Made by a program: the position numbers and the translations under genes. This document shows positions 9,414 through 18,722 of a stretch of 64,000 nt of DNA, piece after piece. Origin of the DNA: a virus. Each line of letters opens with the position of its first letter. The first letter of the stretch is position 1. The notes beneath the pieces were generated by a model. The model worked only from the letters and a program-made list of their open reading frames with translations. It ran no database searches and had not been told where the DNA came from. The stretch spans positions 446-64,445 of the IMG/VR virus record IMGVR_UViG_3300045988_173593; one strand, 5' to 3'.

Positions 9414-9503
9414 TGTGATCGTCGTGTGACTGTCACGTGATCGTCGTGTGACTGTCACGTGATCGTCGTGTGACTGTCACGTGATTGTCGTGTGACTGTC
9501 ACG
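9414..9503. repeat. 4 x 22-bp tandem repeat GTGATCGTCGTGTGACTGTCAC, each carrying the palindrome GTGAC-T-GTCAC
   Basis: Seen in sequence; junctions form CACGTG. Confidence 0.85.
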
Positions 9504-9518
9504 TGACAAGATATGCCA

Positions 9519-9926
9519 TTATCTTCTTGCTCGTTCAAGTGTCTTTCTGGCATTTACGTATGCCCTCTGAGCCTCATCAGCTTGTGAAATTATATTATCT
9601 GTTCGTATTTTGAATTCATAAAGTTCTCTCCTGAGAGCATCCATATCACGCAAGGCAGTCCATCCGACAAAGAGAGAAATTAAAGATATTGTGATTGCGA
9701 CAACAACAGAAATTTTGATGTCACTGTTTCTTTCTTTGATGAAATTATTACGTTCATCCAATCTGCCGAGTTTTTCTTCCGTTCCTGAATTGCAACTTCC
9801 GAGTGCCATTTTTTCATTCCCTTCTTTTTTGTTATTTTCATTTTTGTTGAGGATTTCATCCAGTTTAGGAGCAACCTTGCTTAAAGCGCAAGGGGTTTTG
9901 CATTCTCCACAGTTATGATCGCACAT
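9519..9926 (-). CDS. N-terminal Cys cluster plus single-TM protein (holin/lysis-accessory candidate)
   Basis: CDHNCGECKTPC; TM segment ISVVVAITISLISLFVGW. Confidence 0.4.
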   Translation of the reverse strand: MCDHNCGECKTPCALSKVAPKLDEILNKNENNKKEGNEKMALGSCNSGTEEKLGRLDERNNFIKERNSDIKISVVVAITISLISLFVGWTALRDMDALRRELYEFKIRTDNIISQADEAQRAYVNARKTLERARR

Positions 9927-9932
9927 TTTCTG

Positions 9933-10274
9933 CTAATCCCTTCTCGATTTAAAATTTGCGCATTTTGTTGTGCATCTGTCGCAAGTCTTTGCAAATTCAT
10001 TGATCTCATTGTTGATCAAGTTTTTCATTCTGCTTTCACTCCACAAAGAAGCCTGTAAAACACCTAGTGCCTCTCTGTTTTCAGATAATTCATGTTTGAT
10101 ATCTTCTAATTGTTCCGGCATTTTTTCAAATGGCTTCAAACGACTGTTTATCATCTTGTCAACAATGATATAAATAGCTCCTGCAAGCAACAATCCTAGC
10201 ATGACAAGAATAATAATTTGGGCTGGTGTTGCCCCCTGTATGACTGTTTCAACATGTTCAGGTGTTACTTGCAT
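9933..10274 (-). CDS. small single-TM protein (holin-like candidate)
   Basis: AQIIILVMLGLLLAGAIYIIV, then charged C-terminus. Sits at the distal end of the tail-fibre module. Confidence 0.45.
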   Translation of the reverse strand: MQVTPEHVETVIQGATPAQIIILVMLGLLLAGAIYIIVDKMINSRLKPFEKMPEQLEDIKHELSENREALGVLQASLWSESRMKNLINNEINEFAKTCDRCTTKCANFKSRRD

Positions 10275-10307
10275 TGATAGTCCTCTTTCTTGAATGGTTT
10301 TATATAC

Positions 10308-10321
10308 CCCGGATTGTCAAT
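10308..10321 (-). promoter_or_regulatory. ATTGACAATCCGGG-family motif (sense on minus), 34 nt upstream of the 10274 start
   Basis: 1 of 11 copies; see findings. Confidence 0.6.
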
Positions 10322-10331
10322 CTGAGTCTTT

Positions 10332-10784
10332 TTATCCATGGTTGCTTTCATTCTTTTCTGCCTTAGTCCATCCGTCCCATCCGAAGAACTGGCAGTAGTT
10401 GCCCCAGCGGCGCGCCTTGTTCAGCCAGAGATAGCGGCGCGGGTCATACCAGCCGTAACGGTCTTTGACCAGCGTATAACAGTTCCGCTTGAAGCGTTCG
10501 TTGGAAGCGTCGAACTGCTCCCTGGTTCCGCCCTCGTGATATTCCACATCATGAATCAGCGCGGCGGGCTCGAACAGTCCCGCACTTGCTGTGACGATCT
10601 CCCGAAGCCAGTCAGGGAACCGGTCGGGACCGATGCCGTTGTAGATTTTCCCGATTTCCGTGATGCTGTATTTGTCAAGGATATGAACGTTCTCAAGCTT
10701 GAGATCATATGCCTTGCGGACAAGTTCAAGTGTTGCAGTGCTCATTTTCGTGTTTTTCCTTCCATTGTTTGATTCTCCGATCAC
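10332..10784 (-). CDS. hypothetical protein (possible lysis-module component)
   Basis: 150 aa; no recognisable catalytic motif. Confidence 0.45.
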   Translation of the reverse strand: MIGESNNGRKNTKMSTATLELVRKAYDLKLENVHILDKYSITEIGKIYNGIGPDRFPDWLREIVTASAGLFEPAALIHDVEYHEGGTREQFDASNERFKRNCYTLVKDRYGWYDPRRYLWLNKARRWGNYCQFFGWDGWTKAEKNESNHG

Positions 10785-11139
10785 CGAGCCATTCTGTAGC
10801 GTCCAGTTCAGCTTGCTTCGCAGGAGCCTCCAACTTCTTACGCCGGAATGTCTTCATCAGGAGATATTTCACGAGCCCCATCACGTGCCGCTGGTAGGCG
10901 TGATAGAGCTCATGGATTACGCTCCCGAAGAACACCTCATCCGACCGGTCACCGGCTATTTTAAGCGTGTCCGTCAGGGCGCAATACATTGCTGTAACTA
11001 CACCCTCAACGCCAAATTTCAGAGGCTCGTCTGGTATCTTCTGCCATGCAAACTCATTCAGCCAGTCGGCTCGTCCGGAGTCAGCGTATTTCCAAGTGTT
11101 GCAGTATAGTTGAGTGTTCATGATTTTATTTACCTTCAC
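10726..11139 (-). CDS. HExxH motif protein (putative small zinc metallopeptidase)
   Basis: VIHELYHAYQRH. Confidence 0.45.
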   Translation of the reverse strand: MKVNKIMNTQLYCNTWKYADSGRADWLNEFAWQKIPDEPLKFGVEGVVTAMYCALTDTLKIAGDRSDEVFFGSVIHELYHAYQRHVMGLVKYLLMKTFRRKKLEAPAKQAELDATEWLGDRRIKQWKEKHENEHCNT

Positions 11140-12947
11140 ATGTCATAGGTTTCCAGTTCAACAATGGTAGGATAGTTTGCAGCTACGGTAATGTCTGCCA
11201 ACCTATGGTAGTAGTAGCTCTTGCTGTTCGAGAACGTGAACTCTTTCCACTCATATCCAGTAGTCCATGTCAAGCCTGACGCAGTATACAAGTCTGTCCA
11301 TGTGCTGCCGTCATCAGAGCCCTGAAGGATGAAAGAGGTGATAGCCTGCTGTGCGATATCACCGGAAGCTGTACCCTGAAATCTGAGCTTCTGCACAAGC
11401 ACTGGTTTCGTCTTATTTTGCCACTGAAGCCACCACGAAGAATTTGATGCTCCTGTCCATCCAGAAGAGCTACCTGTTACCCCGTCGAAGGCTTTCCACG
11501 GAGCAGAGTTAGTGCTGTAGAAACTGCTGGCACTGATTTCCCACTCGTCGGAGCTCTCGCTGGTCATGCCGGTAGGACTGGTCAGCGTTGGCGTGCCTGT
11601 GTAAAGCAATGACACAATCACCAATGCATCCGCGCTGTAGATTCCGCCGACGACCGGCGTGACGCTGGTATATGCCAGCCCCGCTGTGACATCGCTTTCG
11701 AAACTCCACGTTCCGGCTGTCGAGTCGAATACCGCCTTGTAGCCGCTCCATGTCTTCGCGGATACGTCCACGCTGGCGCACTTGTAATACTCCGCCGAGG
11801 TGCCGCCTGTGCTTTCGCCCTCATACGTTCCTGCGACATTGAAGATAGTTACGCCGCTCTTGATATTTGCAGCAGTCAAGTTCGTATCACCTGCGACGGT
11901 AACTTCTCCCTTGAGATACGAACCTTTAGAAATTACTTGTGCGTTTGCCGCCGGTGTAATCGTAAAAGCATTCAACGCGGTTCCGACTGTCAGTGTTTGC
12001 GCGCTCTTAACATAGCCCTTTGGCACTGTAACAACGTTATCAGACATTGAGGCTGTCACTGTGGGGATTGTGCCTGTTATCTTTTCGTCCTTAGCGTATG
12101 CCGTCTTGTCCTGTAAAATATCGCTGGCTGTCGCTGTCGCGTCGCTGGTGTCCGTTCCGGTGCTGATTTCGTTTACCGCATTGGCACACTGGTACAATGT
12201 CGAATCCTGCGCCAGACTTCCGCCTTTGGCATTGATCGCCGTCACGAGCGCATCACGGGCGCCGTCCAGAGCCGAAAGCACAGTATCGAGCGAGCCCCCT
12301 GTAGTGCTGAACTCTTTGGATAGCTCTGTGATTTCGCTATCACTAAGAGCACGGTTGTAGACGCGGCAGGCGGCAAGGTAGCCGGTCATTTTTGTATCTC
12401 TCCCAATAGAACCTGAAGAAGTAAAGTTTGTGCCTAAAGCAATACCAGCCCCGATTGTTGCGGAAAATGTCCGGCTTGCTGAAAGATTACCGTCTACATA
12501 TAATTTTTGTGTTGTTCCGTCGTATGTGCACGCAATATGGTGCCAGCCATCTTTAATATTAGTCGTAGCATCTATTAGGTTTTCATCAGACCCGTTTTTG
12601 TAGGTATATAATCTAGGATACCCATTATTTGTCATGACTTCCATGTTATGACTGTTAGTCCACGGTCCTAACGCAAACAAGCAGTCACCTGATTGGAAAT
12701 AGGCATGGAATGAAAATGTGAAAGCATCTGCAACTTGAAAAGAGTTGTTATAAAGCGCACTGCTTCCATCAAAATAGGCACACTGCCTGCCTCCAAAAGT
12801 CTGAAACGTAACTGAACCTGAATTTGTGAGCGTATATGCACAATCTGCATTTTCAGCCAGTGGTGCATAAAATACAAGTCCATTTGTTGGTATTGCCATA
12901 AATAACCTCCTTAAGTTAATCTGTTGTGACTGTCCAACCACGATCAA
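11136..12947 (-). CDS. tail fibre / receptor-binding protein
   Basis: 603 aa, S/T/G-rich beta-like composition. N-terminus MAIPTNG is paralogous to the next gene. Located in the tail module. Confidence 0.55.
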   Translation of the reverse strand: MIVVGQSQQINLRRLFMAIPTNGLVFYAPLAENADCAYTLTNSGSVTFQTFGGRQCAYFDGSSALYNNSFQVADAFTFSFHAYFQSGDCLFALGPWTNSHNMEVMTNNGYPRLYTYKNGSDENLIDATTNIKDGWHHIACTYDGTTQKLYVDGNLSASRTFSATIGAGIALGTNFTSSGSIGRDTKMTGYLAACRVYNRALSDSEITELSKEFSTTGGSLDTVLSALDGARDALVTAINAKGGSLAQDSTLYQCANAVNEISTGTDTSDATATASDILQDKTAYAKDEKITGTIPTVTASMSDNVVTVPKGYVKSAQTLTVGTALNAFTITPAANAQVISKGSYLKGEVTVAGDTNLTAANIKSGVTIFNVAGTYEGESTGGTSAEYYKCASVDVSAKTWSGYKAVFDSTAGTWSFESDVTAGLAYTSVTPVVGGIYSADALVIVSLLYTGTPTLTSPTGMTSESSDEWEISASSFYSTNSAPWKAFDGVTGSSSGWTGASNSSWWLQWQNKTKPVLVQKLRFQGTASGDIAQQAITSFILQGSDDGSTWTDLYTASGLTWTTGYEWKEFTFSNSKSYYYHRLADITVAANYPTIVELETYDM

Positions 12948-13701
12948 TGAGTGTCTGTTTATCTGTTAATCCCTGACCAGTTGGTGGTGCTGATGTTTCC
13001 TGATAGTTTATGTCCAAAGTTCCATTGGTTTTCGCATTCAAGACAAGCGATGCCAGTATATTATTCACAACATCAGAGGTAAATTTGTTAGAGTAGGCGG
13101 CAAGGTATTTTAATGCTGTGTTTTGCGCTATATTCAGCATAGTTAAACCGTTATTATTGCACGCTAACGTCATTAGGTTTGCATTATTACTGATATCAAG
13201 AGCTGACAAAGCGTTCCCCTTACAATCCAGTGAAGTTAATGTGGGACATAAACTTATGTCGATGGATGTTAATGTGCTAGTCGTACAATTTAATGCTGTA
13301 ACTGCTCCTTGTATCGTTGTTGTTCCTGCTGACAAGGTAAATTCAGCAGGGAATTCCGTATAGGTCTGGGATGTAGCTCCATTTGTTACAATGACAGAGC
13401 CTGTTGCATTGATTGCTACTTTACTTTGTCCTTGTGATCCGCTTTCTGATACGAGTGTAATTATTTCATCTCCTGGTTCTCCGCCTCCTGTCGGCGTCCC
13501 GATGATCGCCATTGCGTCGGATTCAAATGCGGATGTGTCGCCGCCGGAACTTCCGGAACTATTCGCGAACGGGATGAAGAACTTATTGTTGACCAGCAAG
13601 CCTTTCTGATTCGCTGTCGGCTTGGAAGTGCTCAGAAAGAGCCCGTCGATCACAACCCCGGTGCCACAAACAACTCCATCTGTCGGTATCGCCATAATCA
13701 A
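12916..13701 (-). CDS. tail fibre protein with leucine-rich repeats
   Basis: LTSIDISLCPTLTSLDCKGNALSALDISNNANLMTLACNNNGLTMLNIAQNTALKYL shows LxxLxLxxN periodicity. Confidence 0.55.
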   Translation of the reverse strand: MIMAIPTDGVVCGTGVVIDGLFLSTSKPTANQKGLLVNNKFFIPFANSSGSSGGDTSAFESDAMAIIGTPTGGGEPGDEIITLVSESGSQGQSKVAINATGSVIVTNGATSQTYTEFPAEFTLSAGTTTIQGAVTALNCTTSTLTSIDISLCPTLTSLDCKGNALSALDISNNANLMTLACNNNGLTMLNIAQNTALKYLAAYSNKFTSDVVNNILASLVLNAKTNGTLDINYQETSAPPTGQGLTDKQTLIDRGWTVTTD

Positions 13702-15977
13702 GCCTCCTCTGCTGGGATGTTGAAGTCATAGAGCACGGTCTGCGCGGAACCGCTATAGACGCTGGAACCGTCCGCCGAAACCGTAACCGTCCGGATGGAA
13801 ACGGTTTTCGTGGACTCGTCGCCGTCCGCCTGCGCAACCGCGAACTGCAACCCGGCGGCAAGCGAACCTTGCAGCGTCCACGCGCCGGAAGCCTTCAGAT
13901 ACAGATTCAGTGCGTTGGTGTCGAGATAAAAATCACCGTCCGTGCCGAGCTCATTTGACGGCGCACCTGTCCCGTTGAAGATCGTTTTTCCGTCCGTGCC
14001 TTCCGCCTTGACATTGGTATCGGTTTCGCCGATCATCCAGTGCTTTGTGTCCGGGTCAATGCTCGGAGTCAGCCCGTCGGAACCGTCCTGACCGTCCGTG
14101 CCATCCGTGCCGTTCGTAACCGTAAACGTTGACGTCGTTTCATCAGTATAAGTGATGGTGTAGGTATCAACATTGCCGCTGGTTCCGGTTTTTTCAATGG
14201 ATGCGATTCCACGGCCGTCCGAGCCGGTTTCTCCCTTCGCGACAAGGAGCGTCCAGTAGTCGTTCGAGACAGTCGCCGCACTCGCGGGCGGAGCGTTGCC
14301 GGAACCGGCAGCAGCGTTGATGTATCCCCAGAGCGAGCCGTTGTATTGAACGGCATCCATTGCGGTGTCGGTCTTCTGGTAAGTCGAGGCGGCATCATAC
14401 GCGCCGCGCACTGTCAGCCCGGTTCCGTCGGAGCCGCGATAGGCATTGAAAAAGTCGTCGAGGCTCTTTCCTTCGTTGCCCTCCTGTTCCAGCCAGAGCT
14501 GATACGCTGATTTGCCGTCCGCGCCGTCCGCGCCTTTCGGGATTCCAAAACTGAAATGAAACTCTTTCTCCGTATTCTCGCCGGATGCGGTAATGCTTGC
14601 CGTGGCTTCGCTTCCCGCCGCCAAAGTTTCGGCTGTTGCATCCGGAGTCCCGAAACCGGCGCTGGTTCCACTGGTTCCGTCGTTTCCGATATACTTCACC
14701 CAGACCGCACCGCTGAAATCTTCGGCGTCCGGACTTTCAACCTCTGTTTCGGAGTGTATTTCCGCGCGATATTTCAACGTGTCGGAAGGCGTGAGGCTGA
14801 ACCCTGTCCCGCTTGCGTCGGAGGCATACGCCACATACATATAGGAACTGGAACCCGCCGTTCCCTGTTGCCCGAGAATCCGGATTGCACCGCTCCAGCT
14901 TCCGCCGTTGTCGTTCGATGTTCTCATATAGGCGTCGCCCCCGGCATATTCGTCATGCCAGAGCGTCGAACCGTCCACGCTGTATTGCGTCTTGAGTTCC
15001 GGCGCGGGAGTTCCGTCTTCGCCCGCCGGTCCTCTGGGGATATACATGGCGTCCGACCAGTCCGCTCCGACCACGGAAATTCTCTGCCGGTAATATTGGT
15101 CCGTCTCCTGATTTTGTATATCATGCCAATCAGTTGATCCGTCTGCGCTGAACTGGAATTCAAACTTGTTTCGGAGAAGCGACAATACCCATGACTGGCT
15201 TGCTATCCCCATTGCATTGGATTCCGGGACATCTGCCGACCTCTGAAAGGCGATTGGTTTGTTGATATAGATTCGGAACTGGAATCGTTTGATCGTTTCA
15301 CCGTTGGAAAGAATCGCATGTTCCGCTGTAAGTTGCAGAGATTCGGTGTTTGTGAACTCAAAGTTCTCCATGAGTTTGTCGGACATGGTCAGGAAATGAA
15401 CTCCGAAGATACCTTCCGACTTTCTGGAATCATCCACATAGTTCACGGCGTTTGTTTCCGCGTCGTAATCGCCTTCCGCAAGAATCATAAGGCTTTCGGG
15501 AACCGAAACCGTCGCGCCTTCTTCAAACGCATAATCGGCGGTTTCCGCCGCGCCGAGTGTAAAGGCATAACCTTTTTCTATTGCGCTTCTTGAAACATAA
15601 GCGAAGCTCTGTTCTTCTCCGCCGGCGTTTCTGAGCACCAGGACACCCGTTTTCGGGATATACCGTTCTGTCGCGGAGACTTCTACGGAAATACTGGAAA
15701 CGCTTCCACCGGATTCAATTGCGGAAAGATTCTTTCCCTCATAGCTGGAGATGAAATTGTTGTCAATAGCAAAGAGTGACGATACCGACATGCTTTCAAA
15801 GCCGGTGTAAGGCGTCCATTCCGATGGCGTTTCGGAGGTTCCTCCGTCCGTCACATAGTGAATCTCATAGTCTTCCGTGTTTTCCAGATAGGAAATCAGT
15901 TGATTCTGATTTGCAAATGGAGCACCTTTTGCATCATAAATGTCGCCGCTGGTAAAATCAATATAAATGATCTTCAT
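13698..15977 (-). CDS. large tail/baseplate protein with short collagen-like G-X-Y tract
   Basis: 759 aa; GPAGEDGTP and NGTDGTDGQDGSDGLTPS. Confidence 0.55.
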   Translation of the reverse strand: MKIIYIDFTSGDIYDAKGAPFANQNQLISYLENTEDYEIHYVTDGGTSETPSEWTPYTGFESMSVSSLFAIDNNFISSYEGKNLSAIESGGSVSSISVEVSATERYIPKTGVLVLRNAGGEEQSFAYVSRSAIEKGYAFTLGAAETADYAFEEGATVSVPESLMILAEGDYDAETNAVNYVDDSRKSEGIFGVHFLTMSDKLMENFEFTNTESLQLTAEHAILSNGETIKRFQFRIYINKPIAFQRSADVPESNAMGIASQSWVLSLLRNKFEFQFSADGSTDWHDIQNQETDQYYRQRISVVGADWSDAMYIPRGPAGEDGTPAPELKTQYSVDGSTLWHDEYAGGDAYMRTSNDNGGSWSGAIRILGQQGTAGSSSYMYVAYASDASGTGFSLTPSDTLKYRAEIHSETEVESPDAEDFSGAVWVKYIGNDGTSGTSAGFGTPDATAETLAAGSEATASITASGENTEKEFHFSFGIPKGADGADGKSAYQLWLEQEGNEGKSLDDFFNAYRGSDGTGLTVRGAYDAASTYQKTDTAMDAVQYNGSLWGYINAAAGSGNAPPASAATVSNDYWTLLVAKGETGSDGRGIASIEKTGTSGNVDTYTITYTDETTSTFTVTNGTDGTDGQDGSDGLTPSIDPDTKHWMIGETDTNVKAEGTDGKTIFNGTGAPSNELGTDGDFYLDTNALNLYLKASGAWTLQGSLAAGLQFAVAQADGDESTKTVSIRTVTVSADGSSVYSGSAQTVLYDFNIPAEEA

Positions 15978-16004
15978 GCTATCTCCGTTCCGTGTTTTCC
16001 TTAT

Positions 16005-16018
16005 CCCGGATTGTCAAT
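16005..16018 (-). promoter_or_regulatory. ATTGACAATCCGGG-family motif, 28 nt upstream of the 15977 start
   Basis: 1 of 11 copies. Confidence 0.6.
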
Positions 16019-16031
16019 CACGAAGCGTTTT

Positions 16032-16520
16032 TTACTCTTTTTCAGTTGCTTTCAACTGATCACTGACCACTTTCAGCTGATCACTGATTTTCCCCCAGTC
16101 GGGCCCGAGCCCTTCGTAACGGTAATTGCGCTCCGTCTCGATGAGCATAGCGTTGAGTTCCGGGTAGTCTTCGGACTCCTCAATCGCGCATCCGAGGTGC
16201 CCTAAGATTTTCAGGTGATTTTTCATGACGGATACGGACGCCGTTCCGTCCGCCGTGCCGGAGCCCTGCGCGGTCATGAGTTCTTCGTAATAAATCATGG
16301 CGCGGCTGACATGCTTCTGTACGCACAGGATACACGAGTCCATTTTGACGAACCGGTTTTCCCGCAGAAAACGTCCGATTTCATCCTCGAACCGGCGCAT
16401 CATGGATTCCCGGTTCCGCCTTGCACCGCACGTCGGACACTTTTCCGATGCCTCGCGCTCCGCCCGCTGCTGTTTGAGTTTCGCTTCCAGTTCTTCTTTG
16501 GTAATGTTTGAGTATGACAT
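16032..16520 (-). CDS. hypothetical tail-module protein
   Basis: 162 aa. Confidence 0.45.
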   Translation of the reverse strand: MSYSNITKEELEAKLKQQRAEREASEKCPTCGARRNRESMMRRFEDEIGRFLRENRFVKMDSCILCVQKHVSRAMIYYEELMTAQGSGTADGTASVSVMKNHLKILGHLGCAIEESEDYPELNAMLIETERNYRYEGLGPDWGKISDQLKVVSDQLKATEKE

Positions 16521-16529
16521 ATCTTCTCC

Positions 16530-18128
16530 TTATGAATTGCAGTAGTCTGTAGTTCCGTCTTTCGTCCGGTAAACATGATGGCATGGGTCGTGACATCCGG
16601 ATGAATCATAAAAGCCGCACGCCTGTTCAGTCTCTCTAAAATTCCCACCGGAATCCGGCGTTGCGGAAGCCGAAGCCGAAACGGATGCCGAACAGTTATA
16701 AACGTTATCACAATTATGAAAAGCGATGCATTCCGCGGATGCTATGTAGCCGTTCCCTCTCACAGAAAGAGTCATGTCGGCAGTGCATTGGACCATCAAT
16801 CTGCTGTTTACAACGCCATATAAAACGCAGGATTGATTGCTGGCAACAGACGCCGTAATGTTGCAGTAAAAACAGGTTGCGGTTAAAAAGCCATAGTAAG
16901 CACTAGCGTAAATATCATTGACGTGTTGGTCTGTGTAAGACATGACAACTTGGCAATGAAACGCGGCATTATGTGACGTAAAAAAGCCATAAAAGGTATT
17001 GGCTACCGCCTGCATATCAACCTTGCAGGAATAATATGCGGACGCATTTGCCATGGTTTCGTAATACCTGTTATTATAAAATCCATAAAGATAATAGGCA
17101 TATCCATGGAAAGCTGTGGAACATCGGTAACAGACAGTGTTCCCCCAGAAACCATATTTATCGGAGATTCCATCATATTCCGTATACACGGCATCCAGTG
17201 TGCAAAGATAAAATACAGCTCTGGTTTTTTCGCTGCCGGTGTTCGAATAATACCCATACAGTTGCTTACAATCGAAGGCGTGAACGGAACAGCCATAGAA
17301 GATATTGTCTTCATACGCATAAAACCCATAAACGGAATAAACATTTTTCAAATTTGCCGTGCAACGATAAAATACAGAGTCTCGCGGGTAATCTCCCCTG
17401 TAAGCAGTATAGGAATTATAAGTTTGATTATCTTCAAAGGTTACTTCGCAATTCATGCAGATCGACGGTCTGTAAACGGCTATAACGATACCTGTCCCGG
17501 TGATCTTGATGTGAAAGCCGGACAGAATGCAGAAAACATTGATCCCATGTGGTTTTCCGTCATTGTAAATCCTGTCAAGGTTGATTTCCTGTTTTCGGTT
17601 TTCATCATCGTTCCATGGCGTTACAATCAGCCTGCTGTAATGTGATACATCAGCATTGCTCACCGTAATCCGGTAATCAACAACGCCCTTTACACACAGT
17701 CTTGCATATCCGCAGAAATTACTTAAAAGACAGCTTAGTTTTTTTATCGCGTAATTCACGTTCCGCCAGGGATTTTCCCTGGAACCGTCGCCGGACTTGT
17801 CCACCATGTCATCCGCATTGGCGGCGGTGTCATCCCATGAGACGGAGTCACAGTAAAAGGTCAAGGGGCGGACTCTCCGCTCGGACACGGACAACACCCC
17901 GGAACCGTAATCTTCCGGGATGTCGCCGGCGACCAGTTGTTCTTCACTCAGGCTCGCAAATTCCCCCTTCTTCAGGGCTGGCAGAGTATAATCTGTAATC
18001 TCAACCGGGTAATGCGGCATGCAGACCATACGCGGCCAGGAGCGGCTGTATCCGAGCAAGGCTCCTGTTTGTGATAAAAGAATCGGACACGGAGTCGTCA
18101 TTTCAATAGTCCTCCGCACAATATCCAT
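16530..18128 (-). CDS. Tyr/Cys/Asn-rich repetitive tail protein
   Basis: 532 aa with recurring YYGF/FYGC/YGFY/AYY blocks. Confidence 0.5.
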   Translation of the reverse strand: MDIVRRTIEMTTPCPILLSQTGALLGYSRSWPRMVCMPHYPVEITDYTLPALKKGEFASLSEEQLVAGDIPEDYGSGVLSVSERRVRPLTFYCDSVSWDDTAANADDMVDKSGDGSRENPWRNVNYAIKKLSCLLSNFCGYARLCVKGVVDYRITVSNADVSHYSRLIVTPWNDDENRKQEINLDRIYNDGKPHGINVFCILSGFHIKITGTGIVIAVYRPSICMNCEVTFEDNQTYNSYTAYRGDYPRDSVFYRCTANLKNVYSVYGFYAYEDNIFYGCSVHAFDCKQLYGYYSNTGSEKTRAVFYLCTLDAVYTEYDGISDKYGFWGNTVCYRCSTAFHGYAYYLYGFYNNRYYETMANASAYYSCKVDMQAVANTFYGFFTSHNAAFHCQVVMSYTDQHVNDIYASAYYGFLTATCFYCNITASVASNQSCVLYGVVNSRLMVQCTADMTLSVRGNGYIASAECIAFHNCDNVYNCSASVSASASATPDSGGNFRETEQACGFYDSSGCHDPCHHVYRTKDGTTDYCNS

Positions 18129-18720
18129 ACCATAAAATCTGCGGTATGCCGTTGGCTGCCGTCCCCTGATGATCCTGCTGTATCGTCACATTGAGCGTGC
18201 CGTCTTCGTTTGCGGAAACAATCGCCCTGCCGAGCTGATACCAGCAGTTTTCGGAGGTGTCGGAGGGTAGATAACTCCTGCCTTCCTCCGCAAGATTGAC
18301 GATTTCGACTTTTGCCGCTTGCGCTTCGGTTCCGGCGTCCGGATCGGCTGCCACCGGAGCCGTATATTTGAGCGCGAAAATGCTTGTCTCCGCAATCATG
18401 CCCGACCGGTAAGGGTCAAGCTGATACGTCACATTGTTGACTTTGCACACGCTTTTCCCGCTGACCGGATTCTGTTCCGCGTCATACGTCGACCCGTCCA
18501 CGATATTCACGTAATAATCGACGTTCGCCCCCGGTTCATCGCTTACCGGCTGTGATTCAAGCACCAACTTGAAATAACCGGTGTATTCATAGGATGCCGC
18601 CCTTGTTCTCTTTTGCGGGGCAATTGCCTGTCCCGGCTGTGATGTTACATGATTCCTGCGCGGAATCACACCGAGAATCTTATCACGTTCCGGTGTCCTG
18701 CGGTAAACTTCAATTGCCAT
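18103..18720 (-). CDS. tail/baseplate protein
   Basis: 205 aa, position. Confidence 0.45.
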   Translation of the reverse strand: MAIEVYRRTPERDKILGVIPRRNHVTSQPGQAIAPQKRTRAASYEYTGYFKLVLESQPVSDEPGANVDYYVNIVDGSTYDAEQNPVSGKSVCKVNNVTYQLDPYRSGMIAETSIFALKYTAPVAADPDAGTEAQAAKVEIVNLAEEGRSYLPSDTSENCWYQLGRAIVSANEDGTLNVTIQQDHQGTAANGIPQILWYGYCAEDY

Positions 18721-18722
18721 AT

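Noticed and set aside
9414-9503. Possible CRISPR array
   Set aside because: Four identical 22-bp units are directly abutted with no unique spacers, and there are no cas genes. This is an operator or iteron array instead
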